From Nitrospirota bacterium (GTDB taxonomy: Bacteria > Nitrospirota > Thermodesulfovibrionia > Thermodesulfovibrionales > Dissulfurispiraceae): a stretch of 64,000 bases of DNA. The first letter of the stretch is position 1; each line of letters begins with the position of its first letter. Positions 1 to 9,142 of this stretch are shown one piece after another. The notes below the pieces were generated by a model. That model searched no databases, was not told the origin of the DNA, and was given only the letters and a program-made list of their open reading frames with translations. Made by a program: the position numbers and the translations under genes. The DNA lies in NCBI GenBank assembly GCA_963710375.1, contig CAVPZX010000002.1:512001-576000 (forward strand), in the 5' to 3' direction.

Positions 1-845
1 GCTCCCGCTGCCGCGGCAACATTTCCTGCAATAATATCGATGCTGAATCTCTTTTTTATCGCTTTAAGAGTACTGATCACCGCCTTTGAATGTCCATGAG
101 CAGTATCAATAGCGATAATGTCAACTCCCGCCTTGATAAGTAGTTCGGCCCGGTGCAGTGCCTCGTTGCCGATGCCCACTGCGGCGCCGACCCTGAGCCT
201 TCCCATACGGTCTTTGCAAGCATGGGGGTATTTCTTCCTTTTCTCAATATCTTTGATCGTAATCAGCCCTTTTAAATTGAACTCGTCGTCAACAATAGGC
301 AGTTTTTCTATCTTGTATTCGTGCAAAAGCTTTTTTGCCTTATCAAGAGTAGTGCCGACAGCACCGGTAATAAGCCGCCCTTTTGTCATAATATCCGATA
401 CCTTCTTTGTAAAGTTGGTCTCGAACCGCATGTCCCTGTTGGTAAGGATCCCAACCAGCTTGCCCTTGATCGTGACAGGAACGCCGGATATCCTGTAATG
501 TTCCATCATGTGAAGGGCCTCTGAAATCAACGCATCCGGAGCAATGGTAATAGGATCCAGGATCATGCCGCTCTCCGATTTTTTGACCTTGTCAACTTCA
601 AGGGCCTGCTTTTCTGCCGACATTGCGCGGTGGATTATTCCAAGTCCCCCCTCGCGGGCAACAGAGATGGCGAGCCGGGCTTCGGTGACCGTGTCCATTG
701 CAGCACTGATAACAGGGATATTCAACTTTATGTTTCTGGTCAGTTTGGTGCTTATATCTACGTCTTTAGGAAGGACGTCGGACTTTGCCGGCAACAGGAG
801 GACATCATCAAATGTCAACCCGAGTGGCAATTCATCATCAAGCAT
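1..845 (-). CDS. guaB: IMP dehydrogenase, 5' part (runs off the window)
   Basis: Manual minus-strand translation from ATG 845: MLDDELPLGLTFDDVLLLP...PVISAAMDTVTE...GGLGIIH, a CBS pair, then RLRVGAAVG...IDTAHGHS...IIAGNV. Absent from the ORF track because it has no stop in the window. Confidence 0.96.
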   Translation of the reverse strand, partial: MLDDELPLGLTFDDVLLLPAKSDVLPKDVDISTKLTRNIKLNIPVISAAMDTVTEARLAISVAREGGLGIIHRAMSAEKQALEVDKVKKSESGMILDPITIAPDALISEALHMMEHYRISGVPVTIKGKLVGILTNRDMRFETNFTKKVSDIMTKGRLITGAVGTTLDKAKKLLHEYKIEKLPIVDDEFNLKGLITIKDIEKRKKYPHACKDRMGRLRVGAAVGIGNEALHRAELLIKAGVDIIAIDTAHGHSKAVISTLKAIKKRFSIDIIAGNVAAAAG

Positions 846-920
846 TCAGCTGCTCCTCATTAATTAGTGCTTGTGATTATACCATTTCTAGAACGCCCCA
901 GGCAAAAATTGAAAACAGAC

Positions 921-1020
921 TGTGAATAGTGAATGGTGAATAGTGAATAGTTAAAAACCAAAGATTTTTTGTTTTGAGTTTTGCCTTGAGCTGTTCACGA
1001 TTCACTATTCACAGTCACAG
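921..1020. repeat. Palindromic heptamer array (GTGAATA-type tandem plus inverted copy)
   Basis: tgtgaatagtgaatggtgaatagtgaatag at 921-950; inverted ctgttcacgattcactattcacag at about 991-1014. Confidence 0.85.
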
Positions 1021-1024
1021 TTTG

Positions 1025-1691
1025 TCAGGAAATGAGGTCTGCATTAATTTTTACATGCATCGTCTGCCTGATGCCGTTGACATATGATCCAAACGACTCA
1101 TGCCGGTTGCTCGATATTATAGCCTGCAATTTTTCATTAATAGTCTTCTCGTCGTCCGAAATATTCTTGAGATCAATAGGGTTTACCTCGGCAGAAGACC
1201 AGATAAGCTGTCTCATTCTGTCTGAAAGAAGCTGCTGACGCAGAGAACTTTCGAACATCTCCGGCGTTTGCCGCTGCAGACTGCAGAGCCCTGAAGTACA
1301 TATCACGATTGAAGACTCCGTTCCTCATAAAAGCCGGTTCGTGTATGATGACGTCCTGGAGTTCCTCGTCGGTTACCGTCAATCCGATGTCACCGGCAGC
1401 GACCGCGAGGACCCTGTCCGCTATCAAGCTGCTGAGCACCGCCTCTTTCAACTTAAGTTTCTTTTCCATCTCCTCGTTAAACTGGTCCTTGTATGTCTCA
1501 CGTAACTTCGTTCTCATCTGATCATATGCCTGCCAGTATTCTTCGGCGGTAATCCTTTCCTTGCCGATTTCAGCAACACTGGGCGCGCCGGATTTATCGA
1601 CCGTGCCTACCCCCCAGAATATAAACGACAGTATAACGATTATGAAAAGTACATAAAAAAACCGTGCATGTTTGCGCATCGACTTAAGCAT
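1025..1691 (-). pseudogene. SurA N-terminal domain / PpiD-like membrane chaperone, split by a +1 frameshift (possibly a sequencing error)
   Basis: MLKSMRK, a TM helix ending FIFWGVG, then VTDEELQDVI...F...GVFNRDMY. Frame changes at 1280 (CAG-a-CTG) into LQRQTPEMFESSLRQQLL of ORF 1025..1306. Confidence 0.8.
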
Positions 1692-1784
1692 TTATTTAAT
1701 ACCTCCCTGAAAAATAATCTTCAAGAATATTACCGTGGTCAAATCAGTAGTAAGAAGAGGATTTTTTAACGCGAACATTTGCCT

Positions 1785-2027
1785 TCAGTTGCTGTCGGTC
1801 GTCTCGATTTTCAGCTCCACGCTTTTTTCGGGCACAATGGTGGACACAGCGTGCTTGTAGATGAGTTGTTCATTCACGTCCTTGAGCAGAATAACAAAAC
1901 TATCGAATCCTTTTACAATTCCCTTTAATCTCACTCCGTTAGTGAGATAGAGTAATACCGGGATTTTCTCTTTCCTCAACTGGTTAAGGAAAAGATCCTG
2001 AAGCCCCTGCCCCTTGCCGTTTCCCAT
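1785..2027 (-). CDS. hfq: RNA chaperone Hfq
   Basis: [30 protein letters not shown] and [12 protein letters not shown]m motifs. Confidence 0.97.
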   Translation of the reverse strand: MGNGKGQGLQDLFLNQLRKEKIPVLLYLTNGVRLKGIVKGFDSFVILLKDVNEQLIYKHAVSTIVPEKSVELKIETTDSN

Positions 2028-2044
2028 GCACCCTCCCTACTTAG

Positions 2045-2119
2045 AAATGTTGGATGTTGAATGTTGAATGTTGAATAAAAAGTCCATAATTTAACATTCA
2101 AAATTCAAAACTTAACATT
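2045..2119. repeat. Palindromic heptamer array (AATGTTG-type)
   Basis: aaatgttggatgttgaatgttgaatgttgaat followed by inverted aatttaacattcaaaattcaaaacttaacattt. Confidence 0.75.
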
Positions 2120-2233
2120 TGTTGTTTCAGTAGTGACCCTTTTACCATAAAGCATTTTTTCCAATAATTCAAGCACTATGTGCAACGCGGTAACGCATGT
2201 GCCATGCGGCTTGTGCAACAACGAACTGAAGTG

Positions 2234-2435
2234 AATTCAGACAGTGTAATGAAGGATATGTCTCTTGCGCTCAGGCGCTACGTCCTGACAGTTCTAACGG
2301 CTTGTTCGCTACAGTCGCAAAACTCGCCCTTCGGGCTCAGACATTGCGCCTGTTAGACGCTCACTTCGCCGAGAACTGTTACCAGGACTCCGCGATTCGC
2401 TTCAGAGACACATCCTTCATTACACTGTCTGAATT
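2234..2435. mobile_element. MITE/REP-like element, about 200 bp, with 32-bp terminal inverted repeats
   Basis: 2234-2265 aattcagacagtgtaatgaaggatatgtctct matches the reverse complement of 2404-2435 at 31/32; nested inner stems; no credible ORF. Confidence 0.7.
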
Positions 2436-2527
2436 GCGGCCATATGGAACCTGTCATTACTCTTCACTGCACCCTATGTTATAATAAAAAGCAGATGTAT
2501 TAGTTAGTATCCAACGGAGGTTTAAGT

Positions 2528-2731
2528 ATGCCTATTTTTGAATATACATGCGGAAAATGCGGACGGGATTTCGAAACGCTCGTTTTCGGCAACCGGAAAG
2601 TGACCTGTAGCGCATGCGGGTCTGAAGATGTAAAAAAAAGGTTTTCAGTATTCGGAATGAGCGGAGTAGAGCATCCCGCATCTTCCGGGTGCTCTTCCTG
2701 CAGTTCGGGTTCATGTAGTTCCTGCAAATAA
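2528..2731 (+). CDS. FmdB-family zinc ribbon protein
   Basis: MPIFEYTCGKCG...CSACGS plus a Cys/Ser-rich tail; RBS ggagg upstream. Confidence 0.9.
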   Translation: MPIFEYTCGKCGRDFETLVFGNRKVTCSACGSEDVKKRFSVFGMSGVEHPASSGCSSCSSGSCSSCK

Positions 2732-2734
2732 AAA

Positions 2735-2830
2735 CAATTACGAATTAGGAATGAGGAATTAAGAATTTGAGGATTAAAGACAATAGTATTTTTCCACAAT
2801 TCTTAATTCCTAATTCCTAATTCGTAATTA
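2735..2830. repeat. Palindromic heptamer array (AATTAGG-type)
   Basis: aattacgaattaggaatgaggaattaagaatt, then inverted aattcttaattcctaattcctaattcgtaatt. Confidence 0.85.
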
Positions 2831-2838
2831 ATTTAATT

Positions 2839-3147
2839 ATGGGCAACCAGACATTTGAAGCCGGTACCGAGGTAGATACCCGCCGGGAAACAAAAAAGCC
2901 GTCTCTTTACAGGGTAGTGCTTCTGAACGATGATTATACTCCGATGGACTTTGTAGTCCACATACTTGAGTCCGTGTTTCACAAGTCCACTATAGAAGCC
3001 ACTCAGATAATGCTGAACGTGCACAAAAAAGGTTCTGGACTGGCAGGCGTTTATACCCGTGAGATAGCCGAAACAAAGGTCAATACCGTCCAGGAACTTG
3101 CCCGCAAAAGCAAGTTCCCGCTAAAGTGCATCATGGAGAAAGAATGA
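2839..3147 (+). CDS. clpS: ATP-dependent Clp protease adaptor ClpS
   Basis: [37 protein letters not shown]. Confidence 0.97.
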   Translation: MGNQTFEAGTEVDTRRETKKPSLYRVVLLNDDYTPMDFVVHILESVFHKSTIEATQIMLNVHKKGSGLAGVYTREIAETKVNTVQELARKSKFPLKCIMEKE

Positions 3148-3300
3148 TTGACGGTTTCGTAAAAAGCCCATATGCTGCGTTGCGCTGCACTCTTCGTCAC
3201 TGCGGCGTACCAAAAGTACGCCTCATTCCTCAGAATTTGCGCGCCTTGCCTATGGACTTTTTACGAAACCGTCCGCTTTGTGACTTTCTACGAGGTCGAC
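3148..3300. mobile_element. 153-bp MITE-like repeat, copy 1, at the clpS/clpA ATGA junction
   Basis: Near-identical to 60648-60800; inverted repeat gacggtttcgtaaaaag...ctttttacgaaaccgtc; flanked by a duplicated ATGA. Confidence 0.85.
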
Positions 3301-5565
3301 ATGATCAATAAGGCATTGGAGATGATACTCGAAGCCACAGTCCGTGATGCCGAAAAGAAGAGGCATGAGTACCTGACCGTGGAGCACATACTCTTCGCTG
3401 CGCTTCACGATGAATGGGGAGTTGAAATCATTTCCAGCTGCGGTGGCAATGTCGAACGCCTGAAGTCTCAAATCGAGAATTTTTTTGACGTCAATATTCC
3501 CAGGCTGCCGGACACTCAGGACGTATATTCAAAACCGACCGTTGCCTTTCAACGAGTTATTCAAAGAACCCTGAGCCATGTGCAATCAGCAGAAAAACAG
3601 GAGGCTGATGCCGGAGATATAATATCCTCGATTTTTCTCGAAGAGGACTCGTTCGCCGTCCACCTCCTGGAATCGGAGGGTATTACACGGTTTGATGTGC
3701 TCAATTACATTTCTCACGGAATATCCAAAATCCATGATGAATCCGGCAATGAAGGCGAAAATGATGATGAGCAGTCGCCCGATGCCTCGCCGAAAAGAGA
3801 CACCGAATCTCAGGCAAGAGATCCCCTCAGTCAGTTTGCCGTGGAATTAGTGGAGAAGGCCGCGCAGGGCAGGATAGATCCTCTGGTAGGCCGCGAGACC
3901 GAACTGAAGCGCACTATTCAGGTCCTGTGCAGGCGGAGAAAAAATAATATTATTTTTGTCGGCGAGCCCGGTGTGGGTAAAACAGCAATCGTCGAGGGGC
4001 TGGCGCTGAACATACAACAGGCGAAAGTTCCCGAGGCGCTCAAAAAGACAAAGATTTTTTCGGTTGACATGGGAGCGTTGCTTGCAGGCACGAAATATCG
4101 GGGAGACTTTGAAGCCCGCCTTAAAGCAACACTGAAACGTATCGAAAAAATTCCGGATGCTATTCTTTTTATTGATGAGATCCATACCGTAGTCGGGGCC
4201 GGCGCTACCAGCGGCGGTTCCATGGATGCCTCCAATATATTGAAGCCGTTGCTTAACTCGGGTGCGCTGCGTTGCATAGGGGCCACCACCTATGAGGAAT
4301 ACAAAAACCATTTTGAAAAAGACCGCGCCCTTTCGAGGCGGTTCCAGAAAATCGAGATACAGGAACCCGGTATAGATGAGACGGTACTAATCCTCAACGG
4401 TTTAAAAGACTATTATGGGGAATTCCATGGCGTTACATTCACCAGGAACGCTCTCAAAGCCGCAGCCGAGCTTTCTGCCAAATACATTAATGACCGCTAT
4501 CTTCCTGACAAGGCCATTGACGTTATTGATGAAGCAGGAGCAGCGCTGAAACTTGATCCTGCTTATAAGAACAAGCATTCAATCGGCGTTGCAGATATAG
4601 AAAAAGTGGTCTCAAGGATAGCAAGAATTCCTTCACGGTCTATTTCCGCATCGGACATGGACAGACTTAGAATGCTTGAGGACGAACTAAAGCAAGCGGT
4701 ATTCGGCCAGGATGATGCCATACACTCTCTTGCGTCCGCTATTAAGCGGGCACGGGCCGGATTAGGTTCGCCTGAGAGCACTATAGGGTCATTTTTGTTT
4801 ACGGGTCCTACGGGGGTAGGAAAGACAGAGGCTTCAAAACAACTGGCTTCAGTGCTCGGCGTCCAGTTCATCCGCTTTGATATGAGTGAATACATGGAAA
4901 AGCATACAGTAGCGCGCTTGATAGGAGCACCCCCTGGATATGTCGGGTTTGACCAGGGTGGGCTGCTGACCGACAGTATCAGGAAGCACCCTTACAGCGT
5001 TCTGCTCCTCGACGAGATCGAAAAAGCACACCCCGACATTTTCAGTATTCTCCTTCAGGTAATGGACTATGCGACATTGACCGACAATAACGGAAAAAAG
5101 GCTGATTTCAGAAATGTCATTCTTATTATGACCTCCAATGCAGGCGCTAAAGATATGGCAAAAAGCTCTATCGGCTTCGGCGACAGAAGCAAAGACACGC
5201 AATCAAAAAGCAAAGAGGCAATTGATAAATTATTCAGCCCTGAATTCAGGAACCGGCTCGATGCCATTATCAGCTTTGCCCATCTCACACCGCAGATAAT
5301 GGAAAGGGTAGTGGACAAATTCATAAAAGAACTCGAACGCCAGCTCAGCCGGAAAAAGGTATCTATCTCCCTTTCCCCTGATGCCCGACACTGGCTTGCC
5401 CAAAAGGGACATGACAGTATCTACGGCGCCCGGCCACTGGCACGGCTCATACAGACCGAAATAAAAGACATCCTGTCGGAAGAAGTTCTTTTCGGCAAAC
5501 TGAGCAGGGGCGGTACAGTGAGTATAGGCCTGGCTGAAGACCGTCTAACCTTCAACTACTCGTGA
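3301..5565 (+). CDS. clpA: ATP-dependent Clp protease ATP-binding subunit ClpA
   Basis: Clp-N domain (HEYLTVEHIL), two AAA+ modules (GEPGVGKT, GPTGVGKT), DMSEYMEKH, GAPPGYVG. True start taken as MINKALE at 3301. Confidence 0.97.
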   Translation: MINKALEMILEATVRDAEKKRHEYLTVEHILFAALHDEWGVEIISSCGGNVERLKSQIENFFDVNIPRLPDTQDVYSKPTVAFQRVIQRTLSHVQSAEKQEADAGDIISSIFLEEDSFAVHLLESEGITRFDVLNYISHGISKIHDESGNEGENDDEQSPDASPKRDTESQARDPLSQFAVELVEKAAQGRIDPLVGRETELKRTIQVLCRRRKNNIIFVGEPGVGKTAIVEGLALNIQQAKVPEALKKTKIFSVDMGALLAGTKYRGDFEARLKATLKRIEKIPDAILFIDEIHTVVGAGATSGGSMDASNILKPLLNSGALRCIGATTYEEYKNHFEKDRALSRRFQKIEIQEPGIDETVLILNGLKDYYGEFHGVTFTRNALKAAAELSAKYINDRYLPDKAIDVIDEAGAALKLDPAYKNKHSIGVADIEKVVSRIARIPSRSISASDMDRLRMLEDELKQAVFGQDDAIHSLASAIKRARAGLGSPESTIGSFLFTGPTGVGKTEASKQLASVLGVQFIRFDMSEYMEKHTVARLIGAPPGYVGFDQGGLLTDSIRKHPYSVLLLDEIEKAHPDIFSILLQVMDYATLTDNNGKKADFRNVILIMTSNAGAKDMAKSSIGFGDRSKDTQSKSKEAIDKLFSPEFRNRLDAIISFAHLTPQIMERVVDKFIKELERQLSRKKVSISLSPDARHWLAQKGHDSIYGARPLARLIQTEIKDILSEEVLFGKLSRGGTVSIGLAEDRLTFNYS

Positions 5566-5704
5566 AAAGTGAATAGTGAATAGTGAATCGAAAAAAAGGC
5601 CGTGAATGGTGAATAGTGAATGGTCAACATATGGTCACGATATTTGTATCTGTCTCTTTGTTTTTGTTCTTTTTCTATTCACTTTTCACTATTCACGTTT
5701 CACG
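5562..5704. repeat. Palindromic heptamer array (GTGAATA-type) starting in the clpA stop codon
   Basis: gtgaaaagtgaatagtgaatagtgaatcg...gtgaatggtgaatagtgaatgg; inverted ctattcacttttcactattcacgtttcacg. Confidence 0.85.
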
Positions 5705-5713
5705 GTTTTTTAA

Positions 5714-6409
5714 TTGCCTGTCTTTAAGCTGACAGATGATTTGATTTTTCCGCCTCCTGAACTCGCTGAAAGAGATGGCCTGCTCTGTGTTGGCGGAGAT
5801 TTGAGCGAGAGGCGTCTCTTACTCGCGTACTCAATGGGAATTTTCCCCTGGTATTCAGATGGCGACCCCATTTTATGGTGGTCACCCGACCCGCGTCTTG
5901 TCTTATTTCCCCGGGAATTAAAAGTTTCGAGAAGCCTCAGGCAGGTGCTCAAAAATAATATTTATGAAATCACCATGGATGCCGCATTCCCCGAAGTTAT
6001 CAGGAACTGTGCCGGTGTCCCAAGGCGGGGCGAGGCGGGCACATGGATTACGGCGGAAATGACCGATGCCTACATTCAACTGCACCGCTCAGGCCTTGCA
6101 CATTCCATCGAAAGCTGGCAGGACGGCGAGTTGGCAGGAGGGCTTTACGGGGTGGCGCTGGGGGGCGTATTCTTTGGGGAATCGATGTTTACGAAAAAAA
6201 ACAATGCCTCCAAGGTTGCTTTTGTGGCCCTTGTGCAGCAGTTGATCAAATGGGATTATGCCCTGGTCGACTGCCAGGTAACTACCAGACACCTTATAAG
6301 CTTCGGAGCGCGGGAAATCCCACGGGCTGAATTCATCCGGAAAATGAGAAAAGCACTCAAAATGCCGGGGGAAAAAGGCAACTGGCACAAAGGGTTCGCG
6401 AATAAATAA
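5714..6409 (+). CDS. aat: Leucyl/phenylalanyl-tRNA--protein transferase
   Basis: GLLCVGGDL, AYSMGIFPW, WWSPDPR, GTWIT, AHSIE, GGLYGV, FFGESMF, NASKVA; follows clpSA (N-degron pathway). Confidence 0.96.
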   Translation: MPVFKLTDDLIFPPPELAERDGLLCVGGDLSERRLLLAYSMGIFPWYSDGDPILWWSPDPRLVLFPRELKVSRSLRQVLKNNIYEITMDAAFPEVIRNCAGVPRRGEAGTWITAEMTDAYIQLHRSGLAHSIESWQDGELAGGLYGVALGGVFFGESMFTKKNNASKVAFVALVQQLIKWDYALVDCQVTTRHLISFGAREIPRAEFIRKMRKALKMPGEKGNWHKGFANK

Positions 6410-6561
6410 CTTGCACATTGATGCATCTCAGCTTCAGGCCATCTTTGCCCGATCCTCAGTCTCAAAATCCTCAACGTAGCTGTGCTACGCCTGCGGTTTT
6501 GCTCAGTCGGATCAGCCAAATCTGAGCGCCTGAATGTACGAGTTATTTATTCGCGAACCCT
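6391..6561. mobile_element. MITE-like element, 171 bp, with 29-bp inverted repeats, overlapping the aat 3' end
   Basis: 6391-6419 agggttcgcgaataaataacttgcacatt versus the reverse complement of 6533-6561: 27/29. Confidence 0.75.
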
Positions 6562-6608
6562 AAAGAATCTTCCGCACTTGACGATATGTAAGGTGAAAGG
6601 GGGCCGAC

Positions 6609-6773
6609 ATGGAACCGAGAAATCTCACTCCTTATGAGAAGCTTGCTATGCGCATGTTCGATGATTACGGTGTACTGGCTTGCAGCGGCTTTATGTACAA
6701 CTGCAAGCTGATCGTTAACCGTTCACCAAGCAATCTCGACATTAATTGCATCACGTGGGTGGGCATGAATTGA
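6609..6773 (+). CDS. Small hypothetical protein (54 aa)
   Basis: MEPRNLTPYEKLAMRMFDDYGVLACSGFMYNCKLIVNRSPSNLDINCITWVGMN with a purine-rich RBS (gaaaggggg); below the ORF-track cutoff. Confidence 0.5.
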   Translation: MEPRNLTPYEKLAMRMFDDYGVLACSGFMYNCKLIVNRSPSNLDINCITWVGMN

Positions 6774-6785
6774 ATAGCATGGCGG

Positions 6786-7214
6786 CTATTCGGGATATTT
6801 GAAGGGATTTGCCCTTAAAACGGCATCTACCTTCAAAGGCATGCCCTTTAAGACAAAGACAGCCATTCCCCTCTCTTGTGTCTTCTTTCCGTCCTTTGTC
6901 CAGGTCCCGGTCCATGAGACATTGTAGTTCACGGTGCCTTCCTCTATCTCAATCAACACAGGATTAAACTCCAGTTCGGCCGAATCAAAACTCTTCATAA
7001 GGCTGCTGATTTCCCTGAAACCATCCTTTGTCGTGTTATTCTCAATTTCTGACAGATCCTTATGAATGTATGCCTTTTTTATTGCATCAACTACAGCAAA
7101 GCTTTCTGTAGCTATTTTTGAATCTTCCGACACCCTCTTGACCGCTTTTTTCCCGCATGAGGCGGCAAGTACAGCCATAATGAGAACGACAGCCACAAAA
7201 AGAAGCCTTTTCAT
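6786..7214 (-). CDS. Lipoprotein, hypothetical
   Basis: Signal peptide with lipobox LAASC; RBS ggagg. Confidence 0.8.
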   Translation of the reverse strand: MKRLLFVAVVLIMAVLAASCGKKAVKRVSEDSKIATESFAVVDAIKKAYIHKDLSEIENNTTKDGFREISSLMKSFDSAELEFNPVLIEIEEGTVNYNVSWTGTWTKDGKKTQERGMAVFVLKGMPLKVDAVLRANPFKYPE

Positions 7215-7385
7215 ATAAACCCTCCGCCCAATATTGCGTTATAGCGTTCTGTGTTCAAAATCAGCGATAGAATACACAGCCGTCATGAATTATAGACGAT
7301 TTGCACCACTTTATTAAAGGAAAAATAAAGACAACCGGCCTTTTAACATTTGCCTTTAGCCTTTTGCCTTTACTATCATACGATT

Positions 7386-7838
7386 ATGAAATTAGTGGCC
7401 CAGAACAAAAAAGCCTACCATGACTACAGCATTGAAGATACCTTTGAGGCAGGCATGCAACTAGTTGGGACAGAGGTCAAATCGCTCAGAGACGGCAAGG
7501 CCAATCTGAAGGATAGCTACGTCCTAATCAAGGATACTCAGGTGTTCCTATTTAATTGCCACATCAGCCCATATGCTCACGGCAACATTATGAACCACGA
7601 ACCCCTCAGAACAAGGAAGCTCCTCCTCCACCGTAAGGAAATAGAAAGGCTGAAAGGCAAGGCACAGTTAAAAGGATATTCCCTTATACCGCTCAAAATC
7701 TACTTTAAGGGGCCTTTCGCAAAAGTGGAAATAGGACTCGGGAAAGGCAAAAGAGAATACGAGAAGAGAGAAACCATTAAAGAGCGCGAGGCAAAAAGAG
7801 ATATAGAGCGGGCCATGAGAAGCAAAAATAAAGGCTGA
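7386..7838 (+). CDS. smpB: SsrA-binding protein SmpB
   Basis: [33 protein letters not shown]; directly upstream of ssrA. Confidence 0.97.
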   Translation: MKLVAQNKKAYHDYSIEDTFEAGMQLVGTEVKSLRDGKANLKDSYVLIKDTQVFLFNCHISPYAHGNIMNHEPLRTRKLLLHRKEIERLKGKAQLKGYSLIPLKIYFKGPFAKVEIGLGKGKREYEKRETIKEREAKRDIERAMRSKNKG

Positions 7839-7931
7839 GGGTTAGGTTAAGGTTAAGATTTATGCTATAATATTATAGAAGTTGGGTCGAGTCTGTGTGT
7901 TATTCTCAACCTTAACCTCAGCCTTAACCTG
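7833..7931. repeat. Palindromic hexamer array (GGTTAA-type) with a putative ssrA extended -10 in its loop
   Basis: ggctgagggttaggttaaggttaag ... ctcaaccttaacctcagccttaacct; TGCTATAAT at about 7863-7871 lies between the arms. Confidence 0.75.
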
Positions 7932-7941
7932 CTTTTACATC

Positions 7942-8288
7942 GGGGGCGATAGGACTCGACGGGGGTTATGAGGCTCAAGTGGCATGCCGTGGCTCCATCA
8001 CCACGTAAAAAGGTGGAACAAACACAAACGCCAACAACGAACTGGCACTCGCTGCTTAACCAATAGCAGCACGCTCCTTTAGCGATGCCTGTGCGCTGAA
8101 AAGAGCGTCATACAGCAGGATGCCGCCGGAAGGGGTTCCCTTGATTCCGGCGAAAGACTAAAGGGATAGGATATCAGCAGGCCTGCCTGGCGGCAGACTG
8201 ATACCCGAGAATTAATAGACAGGATACGCATGTAGAAGCTTGAGAGTAGTGCTTTCGGACGCGGGTTCGATTCCCGCCGCCTCCACCA
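7942..8288 (+). ncRNA. ssrA: tmRNA
   Basis: 5' GGGGGCG...GACTCGAC; 3' GACGCGGGTTCGATTCCCGCCGCCTCCACCA; tag ORF 8030-8059 ANNELALAA*. Confidence 0.97.
8263..8288 (+). repeat. attL core (ssrA 3' end), 26-bp direct repeat
   Basis: gggttcgattcccgccgcctccacca is identical at 15378-15403. Confidence 0.95.
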
Positions 8289-8425
8289 AAAATATCTTTA
8301 TATTTCAGCATCATGCTGGCATATTATGTTGAAAACTTCCGTCATCAAACTGTCATTCGTTTTCCCCGCCGGACTGATTCTTTTGTGAGCTTTCGTTCAT
8401 GTGCTTCTGCGCGGAGGGGCTTCTA

Positions 8426-9130
8426 ATGTTGTCCTTCCGTACATTCAGGCACAAAGTTACAGGGCAAGTCCTCAGAATCCCTGCCGGGCGGTATGGCAAC
8501 TTTCAGAACGCAATTAAAAAAATCGTCAATTATGTCCATTACAATTATCGAAAATTTTATATTGTCCACCTGACCCTGACGGTTGCTGAGAACACTTCCG
8601 ATCTCGATTATAAGAATCTCCACAGGGTAGATACCTTCATCAAACAGCGCTTAAAGCGTGCCGGTGCAGAATGTAAGAATATAGCAGTGAAGGAACGCCA
8701 GGAAAGAGGAGCGGTTCATTATCATGTCCTCTATATTTACAACAGGCCTTATGTTTTTCCTTCGGTGCAGGAGATAGAGAAATCCTGGGGGTTGGGGTTC
8801 GTGAAAATATCAGCGCCGAAAATTCGCATGAGGCTCCGGAAAATAATAAATTATATCGGGAAGTATATCGGCAAGGGGTACGAGTTTGAGGCGCTCAATT
8901 TCAAGAAATCCTTCTCGGCAAGCCAGATAAAACAAATATACAAGCTTACTCCTCAAAGGCTGGCTCATGTTATGACCCAATTCGGCAAAGAGAGGGCTGA
9001 GGAACTAAGATGCACTTATAGGAAAGTCTTTGAGATAGTCACTATGGCTCCATTCCGGCCCTTTAAAAGTGTAATAATAGAGTTTCCAAGTGAATGGGTG
9101 TATGAGGGGATTTGTGATGAACCATTCTGA
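8426..9130 (+). CDS. Rolling-circle replication initiator (HUH endonuclease)
   Basis: Motif I HLTLT, motif II ERQERGAVHYHVL, WGLGFV, motif III YIGKY; RBS ggagggg before ATG 8426. Confidence 0.88.
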   Translation: MLSFRTFRHKVTGQVLRIPAGRYGNFQNAIKKIVNYVHYNYRKFYIVHLTLTVAENTSDLDYKNLHRVDTFIKQRLKRAGAECKNIAVKERQERGAVHYHVLYIYNRPYVFPSVQEIEKSWGLGFVKISAPKIRMRLRKIINYIGKYIGKGYEFEALNFKKSFSASQIKQIYKLTPQRLAHVMTQFGKERAEELRCTYRKVFEIVTMAPFRPFKSVIIEFPSEWVYEGICDEPF

Positions 9131-9142
9131 ACGGCTAAATCC

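Noticed and set aside
3172..3300. 43-aa N-terminal extension of ClpA in the ORF track
   Set aside because: It is read from the MITE; ClpA homology begins at MINKALE (3301).
921..5704. Tandem repeats as a CRISPR array
   Set aside because: Units are 6-8 nt with no unique spacers, and there are no cas genes in the window.
7350..7385. Longer SmpB start
   Set aside because: The TTG lies in a heptamer repeat; ATG 7386 gives a normal SmpB N-terminus.
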